A DNA stretch of 64,000 bases, from assembly GCA_002269645.1 (NCBI GenBank), contig NIVC01002068.1, forward strand, positions 124,001 to 188,000, in the 5' to 3' direction. Below, piece by piece: positions 60,781-64,000 of the stretch (position 1 is the stretch's first letter; each line of letters starts with the position of its first letter). The position numbers and the translations under genes are program-made. A model generated the notes under the pieces. The model made no database searches. It was not told the DNA's origin and saw nothing but the letters and a program-made list of their open reading frames with translations. This stretch comes from Macrostomum lignano. Taxonomy: Eukaryota.

Positions 60781-61455
60781 TGGAGTCTATCTATGTCCGC
60801 AAATTGTTTCCAAGAAACCGGAGTCAGTCTATGTCCGCAAATTGTTTCCTAGAAACCGGAGTATATCTATGTCCGCAAATTGTTTCCTAGAAACCGGAGT
60901 ATATCTATGTCCGCAAATTGTTTCCTAGAAACCGGAGTATATCTATGTCCGCAAATTGTTTCCTAGAAACCGGAGTATATCTATGTCCGCAAATTGTTTC
61001 CTAGAAACCGGAGTATATCTATGTCCACAAATTGTTTCATAGAAACCGGAGTATATCTATGTCCACAAATTGTTTCCTAGAAACCGGAGTCTATCTATGT
61101 CCACAAATTGTTTCATAGAAACCGGAGTATATCTATGTCCACAAATTGTTTCATAGAAACCGGAGTATATCTATGTCCACAAATTGTTTCATAGAAACCG
61201 GAGTATATCTATGTCCACAAATTGTTTCATAGAAACCGGAGTATATCTATGTCCACAAATTGTTTCATAGAAACCGGAGTCTATCTGTGCCCGCAAATTG
61301 TTTCCTAGAAACCAGAGTCTATCTATGCCCGCAAATTGTTTCCTAGAAACCGGGGTATTTCCACAAGTTGTCTCCTAGAAACCGGAGTATTTCCACAAGT
61401 TGTTTCCTAGAAACCGGAGTATGTCCGCAAGTTGTTTTCAAGAAACCGGAGTCTA
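60781..61455. repeat. 38-bp minisatellite (GTATATCTATGTCCGCAAATTGTTTCCTAGAAACCGGA) x~17
   Basis: Read directly. Confidence 0.95.
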
Positions 61456-61986
61456 TTTATGTTTAAGCGGAGGGATTAGTATTCAGTAGAGGCAGCACAT
61501 TTTGTAGTCAGCAAGGCAGGATAGTCCAGACATTGTTTTATTTCGGTATTGTTTCCAAGAAACCGGAGTCGCAAAGCTCTATTTAGTTTTTCTGCAAGGA
61601 AGCGATCAATTACACGCTGGGCAGGCACCGGTTGGCATGGGGGCGGATCGGTAATGCCAGTGCAAACGCGGGGACCGCAGTTTTTGCACCGAATAAATGT
61701 AGAGCAACCTCCAAAGTCGGCAATTCTTTGATCCTTTTTTAAATTACTTTTCTTCCCAAAATGGCAAAATCTTTCTATCGGCTGAGCAGAACAACGATCG
61801 GATCGGATTGAGAAGTGTTGCCTGGACACAGGGAGTTTGGTGTGAGGAAGGGAGCTCAGCTCGCCCAGACAATTTCCCAACTTCCGGAGGGTTCGCATGT
61901 CGAACTGAGGGGGGGACTGTCCTTTTAAATCCAACAACTTGCCGCTGCCTTCCTTACAAGAAGGGAAAAGAGCGGAGAGGAGAGCG

Positions 61987-64000
61987 GATCAGGGGATCAG
62001 GGGATCAGGAAGCGGAGGGGATCAGGAAGCGGAGGGGATCAGGAAGCGGAGGGGATCAGGAAGCGGAGGGGATCAGGAAGCGGAGGGGATCAGGAAGCGG
62101 AGGGGATCAGGAAGCGGAGGGGATCAGGAAGCGGAGGGGATCAGGAAGCGGAGGGGATCAGGAAGCGGAGGGGATCAGGAAGCGGAGGGGATCAGGAAGC
62201 GGAGGGGATCAGGAAGCGGAGGGGATCAGGAAGCGGAGGGGATCAGGAAGCGGAGGGGATCAGGAAGCGGAGGGGATCAGGAAGCGGAGGGGATCAGGAA
62301 GCGGAGGGGATCAGGAAGCGGAGGGGATCAGGAAGCGGAGGGGATCAGGAAGCGGAGGGGATCAGGAAGCGGAGGGGATCAGGAAGCGGAGGGGATCAGG
62401 AAGCGGAGGGGATCAGGAAGCGGAGGGGATCAGGAAGCGGAGGGGATCAGGAAGCGGAGGGGATCAGGAAGCGGAGGGGATCAGGAAGCGGAGGGGATCA
62501 GGAAGCGGAGGGGATCAGGAAGCGGAGGGGATCAGGAAGCGGAGGGGATCAGGAAGCGGAGGGGATCAGGAAGCGGAGGGGATCAGGAAGCGGAGGGGAT
62601 CAGGAAGCGGAGGGGATCAGGAAGCGGAGGGGATCAGGAAGCGGAGGGGATCAGGAAGCGGAGGGGATCAGGAAGCGGAGGGGATCAGGAAGCGGAGGGG
62701 ATCAGGAAGCGGAGGGGATCAGGAAGCGGAGGGGATCAGGAAGCGGAGGGGATCAGGAAGCGGAGGGGATCAGGAAGCGGAGGGGATCAGGAAGCGGAGG
62801 GGATCAGGAAGCGGAGGGGATCAGGAAGCGGAGGGGATCAGGAAGCGGAGGGGATCAGGAAGCGGAGGGGATCAGGAAGCGGAGGGGATCAGGAAGCGGA
62901 GGGGATCAGGAAGCGGAGGGGATCAGGAAGCGGAGGGATCAGGAAGCGGAGGGGATCAGGAAGCGGAGGGGATCAGGAAGCGGAGGGGATCAGGAAGCGG
63001 AGGGGATCAGGAAGCGGAGGGGATCAGGAAGCGGAGGGGATCAGGAAGCGGAGGGGATCAGGAAGCGGAGGGGATCAGGAAGCGGAGGGGATCAGGAAGC
63101 GGAGGGGATCAGGAAGCGGAGGGGATCAGGAAGCGGAGGGGATCAGGAAGCGGAGGGGATCAGGAAGCGGAGGGGATCAGGAAGCGGAGGGGATCAGGAA
63201 GCGGAGGGGATCAGGAAGCGGAGGGGATCAGGAAGCGGAGGGGATCAGGAAGCGGAGGGGATCAGGAAGCGGAGGGGATCAGGAAGCGGAGGGGATCAGG
63301 AAGCGGAGGGGATCAGGAAGCGGAGGGGATCAGGAAGCGGAGGGGATCAGGAAGCGGAGGGGATCAGGAAGCGGAGGGGATCAGGAAGCGGAGGGGATCA
63401 GGAAGCGGAGGGGATCAGGAAGCGGAGGGGATCAGGAAGCGGAGGGGATCAGGAAGCGGAGGGGATCAGGAAGCGGAGGGGATCAGGAAGCGGAGGGGAT
63501 CAGGAAGCGGAGGGGATCAGGAAGCGGAGGGGATCAGGAAGCGGAGGGGATCAGGAAGCGGAGGGGATCAGGAAGCGGAGGGGATCAGGAAGCGGAGGGG
63601 ATCAGGAAGCGGAGGGGATCAGGAAGCGGAGGGGATCAGGAAGCGGAGGGGATCAGGAAGCGGAGGGGATCAGGAAGCGGAGGGGATCAGGAAGCGGAGG
63701 GGATCAGGAAGCGGAGGGGATCAGGAAGCGGAGGGGATCAGGAAGCGGAGGGGATCAGGAAGCGGAGGGGATCAGGAAGCGGAGGGGATCAGGAAGCGGA
63801 GGGGATCAGGAAGCGGAGGGGATCAGGAAGCGGAGGGGATCAGGAGGCGGAGGGGATCAGGAAGCGGAGGGGATCAGGAAGCGGAGGGGATCAGGAAGCG
63901 GAGGGGATCAGGAAGCGGAGGGGATCAGGAAGCGGAGGGGATCAGGAAGCGGAGGGGATCAGGAAGCGGAGGGGATCAGGAAGCGGAGGGGATCAGGAAG
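61987..64000. repeat. Highly homogeneous 17-bp satellite (AGGAAGCGGAGGGGATC)n, >2 kb, runs off the window
   Basis: Read directly. Confidence 0.99.

Overview
Eukaryotic (animal) genomic DNA, rich in minisatellites and short GT-AG introns; the style suggests a flatworm such as Macrostomum, which is an unverified impression. Main contents: (1) a full-length ~14.9-kb Polinton/Maverick (adintovirus-type) element at 9681-24624, with ~713-bp TIRs, a 6-bp TSD (CCCCTC) and a complete virus-like gene set (PLA2, integrase, pX-like core protein, pPolB, adenain protease, gasdermin-X-like protein, packaging ATPase, major and minor capsid). (2) Two tandem paralogues, ~30 kb apart, of a DUF4062-NACHT-WD40 (NWD-type) gene; manual splicing gives the second a C-terminal Dpy-30/DYDC-like exon. 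(3) A spliced THAP/P-element-like transposase, a degenerate Gypsy pol, a LINE endonuclease fragment inside a satellite and a beta-tubulin-like 5' fragment. (4) An NPY/NPF-like neuropeptide gene, a small Cys-rich secreted protein, an orphan gene and the first coding exon of a D2-like dopamine receptor among large micro- and minisatellite arrays. Many single-base frameshifts fall in homopolymers across unrelated features, so some apparent gene damage may be long-read consensus error. All homology calls come from motif recognition by eye; no searches were run.
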